Assembly (NCBI GenBank): GCA_046583055.1
Contig: JAYGDH010000497.1
Span: 1 to 59,083 of the forward strand
Length of the DNA stretch: 59,083 bases
DNA from: Pirellulaceae bacterium
GTDB taxonomy: Bacteria > Planctomycetota > Planctomycetia > Pirellulales > Pirellulaceae
Direction of reading: 5' to 3'
Under the pieces are notes generated by a model that was not told the origin of the DNA, did no database searches, and worked only from the letters and a program-made list of their open reading frames with translations. Shown here one piece after another: positions 47,286 through 57,023 of the stretch (positions are counted from its first letter, which is position 1; each line of letters begins with the position of its first letter). The translations under genes were made by a program, and so were the position numbers.

Positions 47286-50200
47286 ATGACGATGAGAAGA
47301 GACGGTTTGGTCTACCAGCAATTGACAGGGATAGCGCGTTGGTTTGCTTGGATGCTTGTAGCCGTAGTGCTTGGCATGCCATCTTCGGTTGTTGGCCAGG
47401 AGGCCGAGTGGATCTGGTGGGCAGATCATCCGAAGGGCGAGGTACCTGAAACGGTTTGCCATTTTCGTAAATCATTCAGGGCGACGAGTCCAGAGAGTTG
47501 TCGGATCGAGATAGTGGCAGATGATGAGTTTGAATTGTTTGTTAACGGGCGTCGTATTGGCCGGGGCAACAGCAGCAAGCGATTGTCCAGCTTTAACGTA
47601 AGTGATCATATCAAGACAGGTCGTAATACGATCGCGGTATGGGTGAGTAATCGAAATGGTTCCACGGCAGCACTGGCAGCTCGTGTGCTGGTCAAGGAGC
47701 GTGATGGTGGCTGGACATCTCACTCGACAAACGACAGTTGGCTGGCAAGCCTGAAGGCCCTGCCGCTATGGAACACGAACGTTTACACAGATCGACGTTG
47801 GAAAGCTTCCCAGTCATTTGGAAAGCTGGGAGATACGGCTCCCTGGGATATCCAGGAAGGCGTTGCCACGGAGGAACGAGACCGCGCCGAGAGATTCCGT
47901 GTTCAGGAGGATTTTGAAGTCCGCCGGTTGATTGATGATGACCAGTCAGGTTCGTTGATCGCGATGACGTTTAACGAGTTCGGCCACGCGATCCTGTCCC
48001 AGGAAAATGGCCCACTTTTGCTGGCCTATGACAGCAATGGCGACTTCCAACTGGACAAGGTGCGAACTTACTGCGAACAGGTAACCAGTTGCCAGGGCAT
48101 TCTGGCCCTCAACGGCGAGGTCTTTGTCACTGGCACAGGACCGGATGGATACGCTTTGTATCGACTGTCGGATGAAGATCACGATGGTGTCCTGGAGCGG
48201 GCCCGGACGCTCGTGAAATTCCAGAAGGAAATGGGAGAGCACGGGGCGCATGGAATCGCGCTGGGACCCGATGGAATGTTGTATGTCGTGCTGGGAAATC
48301 ATATTCAACCCAAGCGAGAATACGAGGTATCGAGTCCTTACCAGCACCCTTACGAGGGTGACCTGGTGCAACCACGTTACGAGGATCCCGGTGGGCATGC
48401 GGTAGGCGTGAAAGCACCGGGTGGCGTGGTGATGCGTGTCACGATTGAAGGTAAACAGCTGCAGCGCGTGTGCGGTGGATTACGTAATGCCTATGACCTT
48501 GCGTTTACCGAGCAGGGCGATTTATTTGTTCATGATTCCGACATGGAATCGGATCGAGGATCGTTATGGTATCGTCCGACCCAGCTTTACCACGTTACCG
48601 AGGGTGCAGAATTTGGTTGGCGAAGTGGCTGGTCCAAATGGCCCGAGTATTTCGTCGATAACATGCCCGCCTTGTTGGATACCGGTCGTGGTTCTCCCAC
48701 GGGAGCCGTGGTCTATAACCATGTGGCCTTTCCCGCGCGTTACCAGGGAGCGATATTCCTGGCAGACTGGTCCGAAGGACGCATCCTGGCCGTCAAAACC
48801 AAGCGGAACGGGTCCAGCTACATTGCCAACAGCGAGGTGTTCCTGGAAGGTTCTCCACTGAATGTCACGGACCTGGCAGTTGCCCCAGACGGCGATCTTT
48901 ACTTCATCACGGGCGGTCGCAAGACCAGTGGAGGGTTGTACCGGGTTCACTGGAAAGGTGACGTGGACAAGTCAGCCATGGAGCTCGGCCAGGGGATCAG
49001 TGTAGCCATTCGGCAACCCCAGCTGCATAGTGCCTGGGGACGGCAGAGTATCGCTCAAATTCAAACCCAGCTGGGAGATCGCTGGGCACCCTTGTTGGTT
49101 AGCGTGGCCCGTAGTCCAGCGAATCCAGCCAATTATCGTACTCGTGCGCTGGACTTGATGCAGTGGTTTGGCCCCTTGCCACCCCAGGAACTTTTGGTGG
49201 AACTGGCCGCTACGAAAAACGAACAGGTCCGGGCCAAGGCCGCTTACCTCATGGGTCTTTATCCCTCACCGGAAACCCAGGCGGCACTGGTACGCCTTCT
49301 GCAGGACAAGGATGGGTATGTCCGACGACGTGCCTGCGAGGCACTGTTGCGAGGAGGCCAGACTACTTCGTTCGACAAGATTGCTCCTCTGTTGGCGTCC
49401 CAGGATCGAGCAGAATCCTGGGCCGCTCGCCGTTTGCTTGAACGAATGCCACCCCACGAGTGGAAAGAACAGATGTTGGCTAGCGAAGATCACAGTGTCC
49501 TGGTGCGCGGTGCGCTGGCCCTGATGATCGCCGATCCAAGTCGACAGAATGCGGCGGCAGTGTTGGATCAATTTAGCAAGGTCATAGCAGGATTCGTCAG
49601 TGATCGAGACTTTATTGAGATGTTACGTGTCATGCAGGTTGCCATGATCCGGGGAGCGATCCAGCCGGAGGAAATGATTCCCCTGCGGAACCAGCTAGTA
49701 GAAGAGTTCCCGGCCAGTGATCCCAGGATGAACCGCGAGTTAATTCGCCTGCTGACTCATTTGCAGGCATCTTCCATCATGGATCGTTACTTTGCCTATC
49801 TCGAGTCCGATGTACCGGACGCCGATCGATTGCATATGGCCCTGCATCTGCGATTCCTGGAATCAGGATGGACGGGCGAACGCCGCCTGGCGTTGCTGCA
49901 GTTCATGGAAAAAAGCCAGCGAAACAGCAAGGGAAACGCGGTGCCGCTCTACGTGATGCATGCCACACGCGATTTCTGTCGTTCCATGACAGCCGAGGAA
50001 AGCCGTTTGGTACTTTCGAAGGCAAGCGACTGGCCCAACGCCGCTCTGGGAGCACTTTTCCAGGTACCGAAAGAGCTGGACGCGGAGCTACTTGGCTATA
50101 TCAAGGATATTGACCAGGCAATTGCGGATCGTGGTGGTGATACCATCACGCGTTTGAAGGTGGGCATCATCGCGGTACTCTCACGCAGTGGTGACCAGGA

Positions 50201-51098
50201 ATCGATGAAATACCTGCATGAAATTTGGCAGCGTGAACCCGAGTTGCGACAGCCTATTGCCCTGGGCCTGTCCCGGCAACCTGGTGGATCGAACTGGTCC
50301 TACCTCTTGCATAGCCTGGCTGTCGTCGAAGGACAGGTTGCCCGGGAAGTGCTTGCTCAGCTCAAGACGGTCAACCAACGTCCGGTGCAGTCCCAGTATT
50401 ATCGCCAGGTAATTCTCAGTGGCCTGAAGATGGATTTTAAAAATGCGGCAGCAGCAGTGGAGTTGCTGGAACATTGGACGGCTCAGCAAACCCCCGAGGA
50501 TCATTCCGCTGAAGTCAGTGACCAGCTTGCATACTGGCAAGGCTGGTTCCAGGATCGTTTCCCCGGTAAGCCGGCAGCGAAACTACCCGTGGCTCCGGAA
50601 GGGAGCAAGTGGACGTTCAGCAACCTGGCTGATTACCTGGCTACCGGCGAAGGTGCCCATGGTAATGTCCAACGTGGCGCACTGGTTTTCGAGAAGTCGC
50701 AATGCATCAAATGTCATCGATTCGGTGACCGCGGGGAAGTGATAGGGCCGGACCTGAGTAATATTCGCAAGCGATTTACCAAGAAGGAAATCCTCGAGTC
50801 CATCGTGTTTCCGTCCCACGTTATTTCGGATCAATACCGCGCGCAGCAAATCGTGACCACCGATGGACGCATCTATGACGGCCTCGTTGTTCCGGGCCCC
50901 GGCGAGCAGTGGATTGTTTTACAGTCCAATGGTCAGAAAATTACCGTCCCCAAGGGACAGGTGGAAACCGTGGAAACCAGCAAGCAGTCCTCGATGCCAG
51001 CCCAGTTACTGGAGAAGCTGACGCTGGAAGAGATTACTGACTTGTTCGCCTATCTGGGTGTCTTGCCGAAAACGGCCGTGGCGCGTCGTCCCGAGTAG
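47286..51098 (+). CDS. giant exported protein: N-terminal sugar-binding-like domain, beta-propeller dehydrogenase-like domain, HEAT repeats and a C-terminal cytochrome c (CxxCH)
   Basis: 1270 aa with a signal anchor. It contains GLRNAYDLAF and the PVC-type membrane-bound-dehydrogenase layout, HEAT-like repeats (VRAKAAYLMG..DGYVRRRACEAL), and the haem site CIKCH at 50703-50717 followed by GPDLSNI..ESIVFPSHVIS. Confidence 0.85.
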   Translation: MTMRRDGLVYQQLTGIARWFAWMLVAVVLGMPSSVVGQEAEWIWWADHPKGEVPETVCHFRKSFRATSPESCRIEIVADDEFELFVNGRRIGRGNSSKRLSSFNVSDHIKTGRNTIAVWVSNRNGSTAALAARVLVKERDGGWTSHSTNDSWLASLKALPLWNTNVYTDRRWKASQSFGKLGDTAPWDIQEGVATEERDRAERFRVQEDFEVRRLIDDDQSGSLIAMTFNEFGHAILSQENGPLLLAYDSNGDFQLDKVRTYCEQVTSCQGILALNGEVFVTGTGPDGYALYRLSDEDHDGVLERARTLVKFQKEMGEHGAHGIALGPDGMLYVVLGNHIQPKREYEVSSPYQHPYEGDLVQPRYEDPGGHAVGVKAPGGVVMRVTIEGKQLQRVCGGLRNAYDLAFTEQGDLFVHDSDMESDRGSLWYRPTQLYHVTEGAEFGWRSGWSKWPEYFVDNMPALLDTGRGSPTGAVVYNHVAFPARYQGAIFLADWSEGRILAVKTKRNGSSYIANSEVFLEGSPLNVTDLAVAPDGDLYFITGGRKTSGGLYRVHWKGDVDKSAMELGQGISVAIRQPQLHSAWGRQSIAQIQTQLGDRWAPLLVSVARSPANPANYRTRALDLMQWFGPLPPQELLVELAATKNEQVRAKAAYLMGLYPSPETQAALVRLLQDKDGYVRRRACEALLRGGQTTSFDKIAPLLASQDRAESWAARRLLERMPPHEWKEQMLASEDHSVLVRGALALMIADPSRQNAAAVLDQFSKVIAGFVSDRDFIEMLRVMQVAMIRGAIQPEEMIPLRNQLVEEFPASDPRMNRELIRLLTHLQASSIMDRYFAYLESDVPDADRLHMALHLRFLESGWTGERRLALLQFMEKSQRNSKGNAVPLYVMHATRDFCRSMTAEESRLVLSKASDWPNAALGALFQVPKELDAELLGYIKDIDQAIADRGGDTITRLKVGIIAVLSRSGDQESMKYLHEIWQREPELRQPIALGLSRQPGGSNWSYLLHSLAVVEGQVAREVLAQLKTVNQRPVQSQYYRQVILSGLKMDFKNAAAAVELLEHWTAQQTPEDHSAEVSDQLAYWQGWFQDRFPGKPAAKLPVAPEGSKWTFSNLADYLATGEGAHGNVQRGALVFEKSQCIKCHRFGDRGEVIGPDLSNIRKRFTKKEILESIVFPSHVISDQYRAQQIVTTDGRIYDGLVVPGPGEQWIVLQSNGQKITVPKGQVETVETSKQSSMPAQLLEKLTLEEITDLFAYLGVLPKTAVARRPE

Positions 51099-51327
51099 TC
51101 GGGGCCGGGCAGGTCGAGTGTCACTCGCGATCCGGTCGCCAGGAATGCGACTGCGGTGCCTGCTTCCCGCAGGAGGTCCCACGAGGCTTTTCCACAGTGG
51201 GAACCGTTGACTCCCGGCTGGTTGGTTTTCTTCGCGGCTGCCATCATCTACAATCGGGCCACAGGCCAGCGGTCCGGTGCCGTAGGACGACATCATTCCC
51301 CGGGGATCAAGCAGGAATCTATTTGTC

Positions 51328-51822
51328 ATGGCAACAAAAACACCACTCAGTGCTGACAATTACTGGCTCATGAAGTCAGAGCCTCATGCCTATTCGATCC
51401 AGGACCTGGCCGCTGAAAAAACCAAGACCACGCATTGGGACGGCGTTCGAAATTACCAGGCACGTAATTTCATGCGTGACCAGATGAAAAAAGGGGACCT
51501 GGTTCTTTTCTATCATTCCAACGCCAAGCCCCCGGCAGTGGCTGGAGTTTCCCGCGTTGTCCGGGAAAGCTACCCCGATCACACTTCCTGGGATCCCAAC
51601 GACAAGCACTACGATCCGAAATCAACCGCGGAAAATCCTCGCTGGTTCATGGTGGATATCAAGCTGGTGGAGATTTTTGATGAGCCGATTGCACTGGAAA
51701 CATTGCGTGGTATGAAAAAACTGGAAAAGATGGAATTGCTTCGCAAGGGTTCGCGACTCTCCGTACAGCCTGTGCGCCAGAACGAGTTCGATGTCATCCG
51801 GAAGCATGCCCATTCGAAGTAG
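51328..51822 (+). CDS. EVE (PUA-like, DUF55) domain protein
   Basis: Contains NYWLMKSEPHAYSIQDL, THWDGVRNYQARNFMRD and GDLVLFYHSN. Confidence 0.85.
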   Translation: MATKTPLSADNYWLMKSEPHAYSIQDLAAEKTKTTHWDGVRNYQARNFMRDQMKKGDLVLFYHSNAKPPAVAGVSRVVRESYPDHTSWDPNDKHYDPKSTAENPRWFMVDIKLVEIFDEPIALETLRGMKKLEKMELLRKGSRLSVQPVRQNEFDVIRKHAHSK

Positions 51823-51842
51823 CTTAGTGATAGGCGGCAAGC

Positions 51843-53012
51843 GTGGATCCTTTACGTTGGATAGATGACGAACTCAAGGGTCTCGACGACCAGCACCTGC
51901 GTCGTCGCCGCCAGCTTCGAGCGGGACCCCAATCGGCAGCCCGCATCTCGATCGATGGCAGGACCCTTGGTAATTTTGCCTCCAATGATTACCTCGGCCT
52001 GGCCGCGGAAGAATTGCTCGACAGCGTGCAGCAGGGACTCAAGACGGCTGGCTGGGGTAGCGGTGCTAGTCCGCTCATCGTTGGTTACGGTGAGCAGCAT
52101 GCCCGGCTGGAACAATCCCTGGCCCGGTTTGAAGGATGCCAGGAAGCGATTCTGTTTCCATCCGGGTACGCGGCGAACTCCGGAACGGTCGCCGCCCTGG
52201 TCGGTCCCGGCGACGTCATTTTCAGTGACGCCAGGAACCATGCCAGTATTATTGACGGTTGCCGACTTTCCGGAGCAAAGATCGAGGTTTATCCGCATGT
52301 CGATACGGGGAACCTGCGAGACCGACTGGTCACCTCAGCCTCATTTCGTCGGCGGCTGATTGTTACCGATACGTTGTTCAGCATGGAGGGAGACCTGGCT
52401 CCCCTGCCTGACCTAGCCACGCTGGCGGCTGAACATGACGCCATCCTGATGGTAGACGAGGCGCATGCTACCGGGGTGCTGGGAGCAACCGGGCGCGGCG
52501 TGTGCCAGCTCCAGCAGGTGGAAGAGGGAGTCCATGTTCGCGTGGGGACTCTGAGCAAGGGACTGGGTTCAGCCGGTGGTTTCGTGGCCGGTAGTGAGCA
52601 ACTGGTGCAGTGGTTGGTTAATCGTGCCCGCCCCTATATTTTTTCCACGGCCTCGCCAGCGGCCTTGGCCGCGGCCGGACTGCGTGCCCTGGAAATTGTC
52701 GATGAACAACCCGAGCGACGTGAAGACCTCATGGACCAGGCAGCCTGGCTTCATGATCAATTGATCCAGCAAGGTTGGCTGCTGGGAAGCCTGCAAAGCC
52801 AGATCTTTTCCCTGCCGGTGGGCAGTCCGCAACGTGCCCTGGCCTGGTCACAGCAGCTGCGCGAGGCAGGATTCCTGGTCCCGGCGATCCGCCCGCCCTC
52901 GGTAGCGGAGGGAGCATCCTGCCTGCGGCTGAGTCTTTGTTATGGCCATCCGCGAGAAACGCTGGAGGGGCTGGTCCAGGAACTGGGACGGTTTGCTCCC
53001 TTGTTGAACTGA
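51843..53012 (+). CDS. bioF: 8-amino-7-oxononanoate synthase (alpha-oxoamine synthase family)
   Basis: Contains SNDYLGL, SGYAANSG, DEAHATGVLG, the PLP-Lys motif GTLSKGLGSAGGF, and IRPPSV..LRLSL. GTG start. Confidence 0.85.
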   Translation: MDPLRWIDDELKGLDDQHLRRRRQLRAGPQSAARISIDGRTLGNFASNDYLGLAAEELLDSVQQGLKTAGWGSGASPLIVGYGEQHARLEQSLARFEGCQEAILFPSGYAANSGTVAALVGPGDVIFSDARNHASIIDGCRLSGAKIEVYPHVDTGNLRDRLVTSASFRRRLIVTDTLFSMEGDLAPLPDLATLAAEHDAILMVDEAHATGVLGATGRGVCQLQQVEEGVHVRVGTLSKGLGSAGGFVAGSEQLVQWLVNRARPYIFSTASPAALAAAGLRALEIVDEQPERREDLMDQAAWLHDQLIQQGWLLGSLQSQIFSLPVGSPQRALAWSQQLREAGFLVPAIRPPSVAEGASCLRLSLCYGHPRETLEGLVQELGRFAPLLN

Positions 53013-53032
53013 ACTGACAGCGGATAACCGTT

Positions 53033-54370
53033 TTACTCGTGTCGCAGGGCCTCGATGGGATCCATCTGGGCTGCCCGCATGGCAGGGTAGACCCCGAACA
53101 GGATGCCCACGATCACGGAGATCCCGAATGCCAACGGGATGGAGAAGTCCACGATCTGGGGTTCCATGTTTTGGATGATGTCAGGCAGATCTTCTAATGA
53201 AAAAACATATTTGGAAATAATTGGAAACTTCAAAATCCAGCGCATCCCGGTAATCACGTAAGGACAAAGCAGCCCGCCCAGGACTCCCGTGACGCCGCCC
53301 ATAGCGGAGAGGGCCACGGTCTCCACCAGGAACTGTCGAATAATATCGCGTTGTCGTGCTCCCAGGGCACGGCGCACGCCGATCTCGCGTGTTCGTTCCG
53401 TGACGGTGGCTAACATGATATTCATGATGCCAATGCCGCCCACTATCAACGACACTCCCGCAATCATGCCCATGAAAACCATGAACATCCTCTTCGTGTT
53501 TTCGGCCTGTTCCAACAGTTCCAGGGGCACCACGACATTCATGTCTTCCTTTTCATCATGGGCTTTGAGGGTGTCCTTGATATGATCGGCCGTGGATTCG
53601 ACGTTTTCGATCGCATCCACGATCACGGTGATCTGAGTTAGTTGGACGTAATCACGACTAAACGTGCCGGCACGGGCGATGCGATCCAGGTCGCCGATCC
53701 GGTTGCGCAGCGTGGTGATCGGAATGTACATATCGTTTTCAAACACCTGCGAGGAGAAGGATCCACCGATGGCGGCACTGGCATTACGGTGTTTCATGAC
53801 TCCCACGATCGTGTAGTAGTCCTCGTGATCGGGCAGGTAGATGGAACGACCCAACGGGTCCTCGTAGCTGAAGAGTCGATCGGCCACCTTTTGAGCGATC
53901 ACACAATATGCTTTTTCTGCTTTCATGTCAGCGTCTTCCAGGAATCGGCCGCGTGCCACTTCCAGGTGAGTGAGGTCCGAGTACTCGGGCGTGCATCCCA
54001 CCAGGCGTCCGTCAATGCGGTTGTCCCGGAAGAACAAGGGTCGCTGCAACTCGCGAATCTGGACGGCGTCCTTGACGGTGGGAATCCGTAAGAGTTTCTC
54101 AAGGTCTTCGCGGGTTACCCCGTACGGCATGGGACCGGAATTTTCACTGGTGACCTGGGTGGAAGGTTTCACCGTGCGAATGATGATGTTGGTGGCCCCC
54201 AGGTCTGCGATTTGTTTCTGGGCCTCGTTACTGATCCCCTCCCCGATGGCCAGTAACCAGATCACGCTGGCAACCCCGATAAAGATTCCCAGGATAGTCA
54301 GGCTGGATTGCATTGGCTTGAGCATGAGGCTCTTGATACCAATGGCCAGTTCTGCGAATACGCGTATCAT
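53033..54370 (-). CDS. ABC transporter permease, MacB/FtsX type
   Basis: It has an N-terminal TM, a large periplasmic domain and a C-terminal FtsX 3-TM bundle (REIGVRRALGARQRDI). Confidence 0.88.
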   Translation of the reverse strand: MIRVFAELAIGIKSLMLKPMQSSLTILGIFIGVASVIWLLAIGEGISNEAQKQIADLGATNIIIRTVKPSTQVTSENSGPMPYGVTREDLEKLLRIPTVKDAVQIRELQRPLFFRDNRIDGRLVGCTPEYSDLTHLEVARGRFLEDADMKAEKAYCVIAQKVADRLFSYEDPLGRSIYLPDHEDYYTIVGVMKHRNASAAIGGSFSSQVFENDMYIPITTLRNRIGDLDRIARAGTFSRDYVQLTQITVIVDAIENVESTADHIKDTLKAHDEKEDMNVVVPLELLEQAENTKRMFMVFMGMIAGVSLIVGGIGIMNIMLATVTERTREIGVRRALGARQRDIIRQFLVETVALSAMGGVTGVLGGLLCPYVITGMRWILKFPIISKYVFSLEDLPDIIQNMEPQIVDFSIPLAFGISVIVGILFGVYPAMRAAQMDPIEALRHE

Positions 54371-54393
54371 GGCAGATTACTCTGGGCAGGGGT

Positions 54394-55104
54394 TCATATG
54401 AGAAGAGTGTCCGATGTACCATCCCGGGCCGTGTCGACAGCAATTTCCCCATCGTAGAGCCGAATAATACGCTTTGTATGACTGGCTACCTCGTTTTCAT
54501 GAGTGACGATGATGATTGTCTTGCCCTGTTCATGCAGTTCCTGGAACAGGCCCAGGATTTCAGCCGTGGTCGTGGAATCAAGGTTTCCCGTCGGTTCGTC
54601 AGCCAGGATAAAATACGGATCGTTGATGAGGCTGCGGGCAATCGCCACGCGTTGCTGCTGGCCACCAGATAACTGGTACGGTCGATGCTTCAAACGATCA
54701 CCTAGTCCGACCATGTCGGCCAGCTCCCGGCAGCGCTGTCTGCCTGCAGCATTCAGTTTCCGGCAATAGGCCAGGGGGACCTCGATATTTTCCAGCACGG
54801 TTAGTTGTTGGATCAGGTTGTAGGACTGGAAAACGAAGCCAATCTTGGCAGCTCGCATACGGGAGAGGGCATCGTCATCCATTTTTGAAACGTCTGATTT
54901 TCCCAGGAAAAGGGAACCACGCGTGGGACGATCCAGGCAACCCAGTACATTCAGCAGGGTGCTCTTGCCGGACCCCGATGGTCCCATGATGGCAACGTAG
55001 TCACCCTCGGGTATGTCGAACGTGACCCCGCGCAAGGCACGCACCGTTTCGCCCTTGAGGAAATATTCTTTGTGAAGGGACTTGACCCGGGCAGCAAAAT
55101 TCAA
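54394..55104 (-). CDS. ABC transporter ATP-binding protein (MacB/LolD-like)
   Basis: Walker A is GPSGSGKSTLLN, the signature is LSGGQQQRVAIARS and Walker B is ILADEPTGNLD. The TTG start overlaps the stop of the upstream adaptor gene. Confidence 0.92.
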   Translation of the reverse strand: MNFAARVKSLHKEYFLKGETVRALRGVTFDIPEGDYVAIMGPSGSGKSTLLNVLGCLDRPTRGSLFLGKSDVSKMDDDALSRMRAAKIGFVFQSYNLIQQLTVLENIEVPLAYCRKLNAAGRQRCRELADMVGLGDRLKHRPYQLSGGQQQRVAIARSLINDPYFILADEPTGNLDSTTTAEILGLFQELHEQGKTIIIVTHENEVASHTKRIIRLYDGEIAVDTARDGTSDTLLI

Positions 55105-57023
55105 CGTCCACCTCCTGCTCGGCCGCCACCACTACCTCCTGCTCGGCCACCACCACCTCCACCAGCTGCAGCAGCTTCCTGCTTATCGATAAAGCCATCC
55201 TTGTTCGTGTCCAATCGCTTGATAATATCTGCGGGCATTCCGGGAGGCATTTCTGCTGCCGAGACCTTACCGTCACCATCCTTGTCGAACCTTGCCACCA
55301 TGTCACCCCCCTGGCGATTGCCACCGCCACCCCGGGGTTGCTGTTGACCATCCGAGGGGCTTGCACCGGGTCTGCCCGTTTGCTGCTTGGGTGCCTCGAC
55401 GGTTTCCCCCTTCTTGCCAATCGATTTAACATCAGCGTCTTTCAGGTCAGCGGGGATCACCAGGCTTTTTAGGTGTGCCCTCAGGTTTTCCACCAGGATA
55501 TCGTTTTCCTGGATGCCCACGATACCCGCGGCCTTGGCGGCCTCCGTATCGATGACGATCATTTTTTCATTGCTGGATCCAATCTTGATTTCCCGGGTTA
55601 CCAGCCCGGTCTCGTTCTGGACCAGGCAAAAGTAATGTCCGGCTACCTCGTGCAATGCCTGGACGGGGATTAGCAAGGCGTTTTCCTGCCGTTCCACCAG
55701 GACCTTCACTTCCGCGGTCATCCCGGAACGAATGGTCTCCGGCGGGTCGATGATCGCGATGTACGCGCCATACTCTTTGACCTGGGAACCAAAGAAGGCG
55801 TTCGGTTCGGGAATCTGGTTGACCTTGATCACCTTGCCCTTGATCACCTGTCCCTGCAGGCTGCCGACACTAATCACGGCATTCAGGTCCTTACGCACGT
55901 AACGAATCCCGCTCTCGTTGATTTTTGCCTTCACTTGCATGAGTTGGGGATTGGGCAGGTCAATCACGACCTGCCGATAACGAATCCGCGTGCCAGCCTC
56001 GATGACCTGTTCGGCTCGGCCACTGCGTGAACTGTACACGTTGTGGTACAGGACCTGGCCCTTGGCCGGTGCGTAGATATCACACTTGGTCAGGTTCAGG
56101 TCGATCTCATCAAGCTTGTTTTGTTCCTGTTGGAGAATAGCTGTCTTGGCGTCCAGATCGGCCTGGGCGGCCTTGATATCACTCTGGAAGCCAACTTCCA
56201 TCTTCTTTTTCGTGATCTGTACCAGCGTGTCCATGCGGCTTTGTGCCAGGGTCAGGTCAACCTCTGCCTGCTTGACGGCGAACAGGTCTGCCTTGAGTTG
56301 TTCCGCGGTCAGGAAACCAAGAGCGGCCAGGCGCGAACTGAACTTGGCGGTATCCTTGGCACGCCCATGCTTTTCCTGCTGGACGAGAATCTCGCTCTCG
56401 ATCAACTGTTTTTCCTGGGGAAACGTGCCTTTCTGGTATTCCTCGAGGCCGATGGTCGCCTGCGTGACCTTGTTGTCTGACGCCGTTACGGTGCTCTGGG
56501 CTGATACAACGGTCTTGTTCTGGTTGTCCCGCGCGTCCTGGAGTGATTTCTTGTTGAAGGTCACCAGGAGAGATCCCGGTTTCACGATGATATCCTCACC
56601 GTCCTTGATCAGGGTATCCAGGTTCGGGTTCAGCAGCTGTAATTGCTGCAGCGTCAGCTTGTGCTGATCAGCCAACTGCTGGAGGGTTTCGTTACCATTG
56701 ATTTCCGCGGTTTCTGGACCCTCCACGTCGGTCCCTTCTTCGACGATCCAGATAATCTCGGTACCGCCGCTGGTCGGGTCTTCCACCAGGCAACGAATTT
56801 CAAGCTTGCCGGAACTTTCTACCTCTCCCTGTTCGGTCACGACGTGCTCGAAATCAGCCTTGACGACTTGAAAGGGAATGACCTGGATGTCCTCGGAAGC
56901 TGCTGACTGGGCGACCATGTACCAGATACCCGCTCCCAGCAGGGTAGTGAACACCAAGCCAGCAACGAGGAAAAAAACGACTCCGCCCTGGCGGCGATGA
57001 TGAATACTGGAAAGCTTGATCAT
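55101..57023 (-). CDS. HlyD/MacA-family periplasmic adaptor with a C-terminal EF-hand pair and a Gly-rich tail
   Basis: It has an N-terminal TM, a long coiled-coil hairpin and a beta-barrel region (IYAPAKGQVL). The two 12-residue EF-hand loops are DKDGDGKVSAAE and DTNKDGFIDKQE, at 55176-55286. Confidence 0.85.
   Translation of the reverse strand: MIKLSSIHHRRQGGVVFFLVAGLVFTTLLGAGIWYMVAQSAASEDIQVIPFQVVKADFEHVVTEQGEVESSGKLEIRCLVEDPTSGGTEIIWIVEEGTDVEGPETAEINGNETLQQLADQHKLTLQQLQLLNPNLDTLIKDGEDIIVKPGSLLVTFNKKSLQDARDNQNKTVVSAQSTVTASDNKVTQATIGLEEYQKGTFPQEKQLIESEILVQQEKHGRAKDTAKFSSRLAALGFLTAEQLKADLFAVKQAEVDLTLAQSRMDTLVQITKKKMEVGFQSDIKAAQADLDAKTAILQQEQNKLDEIDLNLTKCDIYAPAKGQVLYHNVYSSRSGRAEQVIEAGTRIRYRQVVIDLPNPQLMQVKAKINESGIRYVRKDLNAVISVGSLQGQVIKGKVIKVNQIPEPNAFFGSQVKEYGAYIAIIDPPETIRSGMTAEVKVLVERQENALLIPVQALHEVAGHYFCLVQNETGLVTREIKIGSSNEKMIVIDTEAAKAAGIVGIQENDILVENLRAHLKSLVIPADLKDADVKSIGKKGETVEAPKQQTGRPGASPSDGQQQPRGGGGNRQGGDMVARFDKDGDGKVSAAEMPPGMPADIIKRLDTNKDGFIDKQEAAAAGGGGGGRAGGSGGGRAGGGR

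Noticed and set aside
55105-55175. Short direct repeats that might look like a repeat array
   Set aside because: It is an imperfect tandem duplication inside the coding sequence for a Gly/Arg-rich tail (GGGRAGG x2). There is no repeat-spacer structure, so it is not CRISPR.
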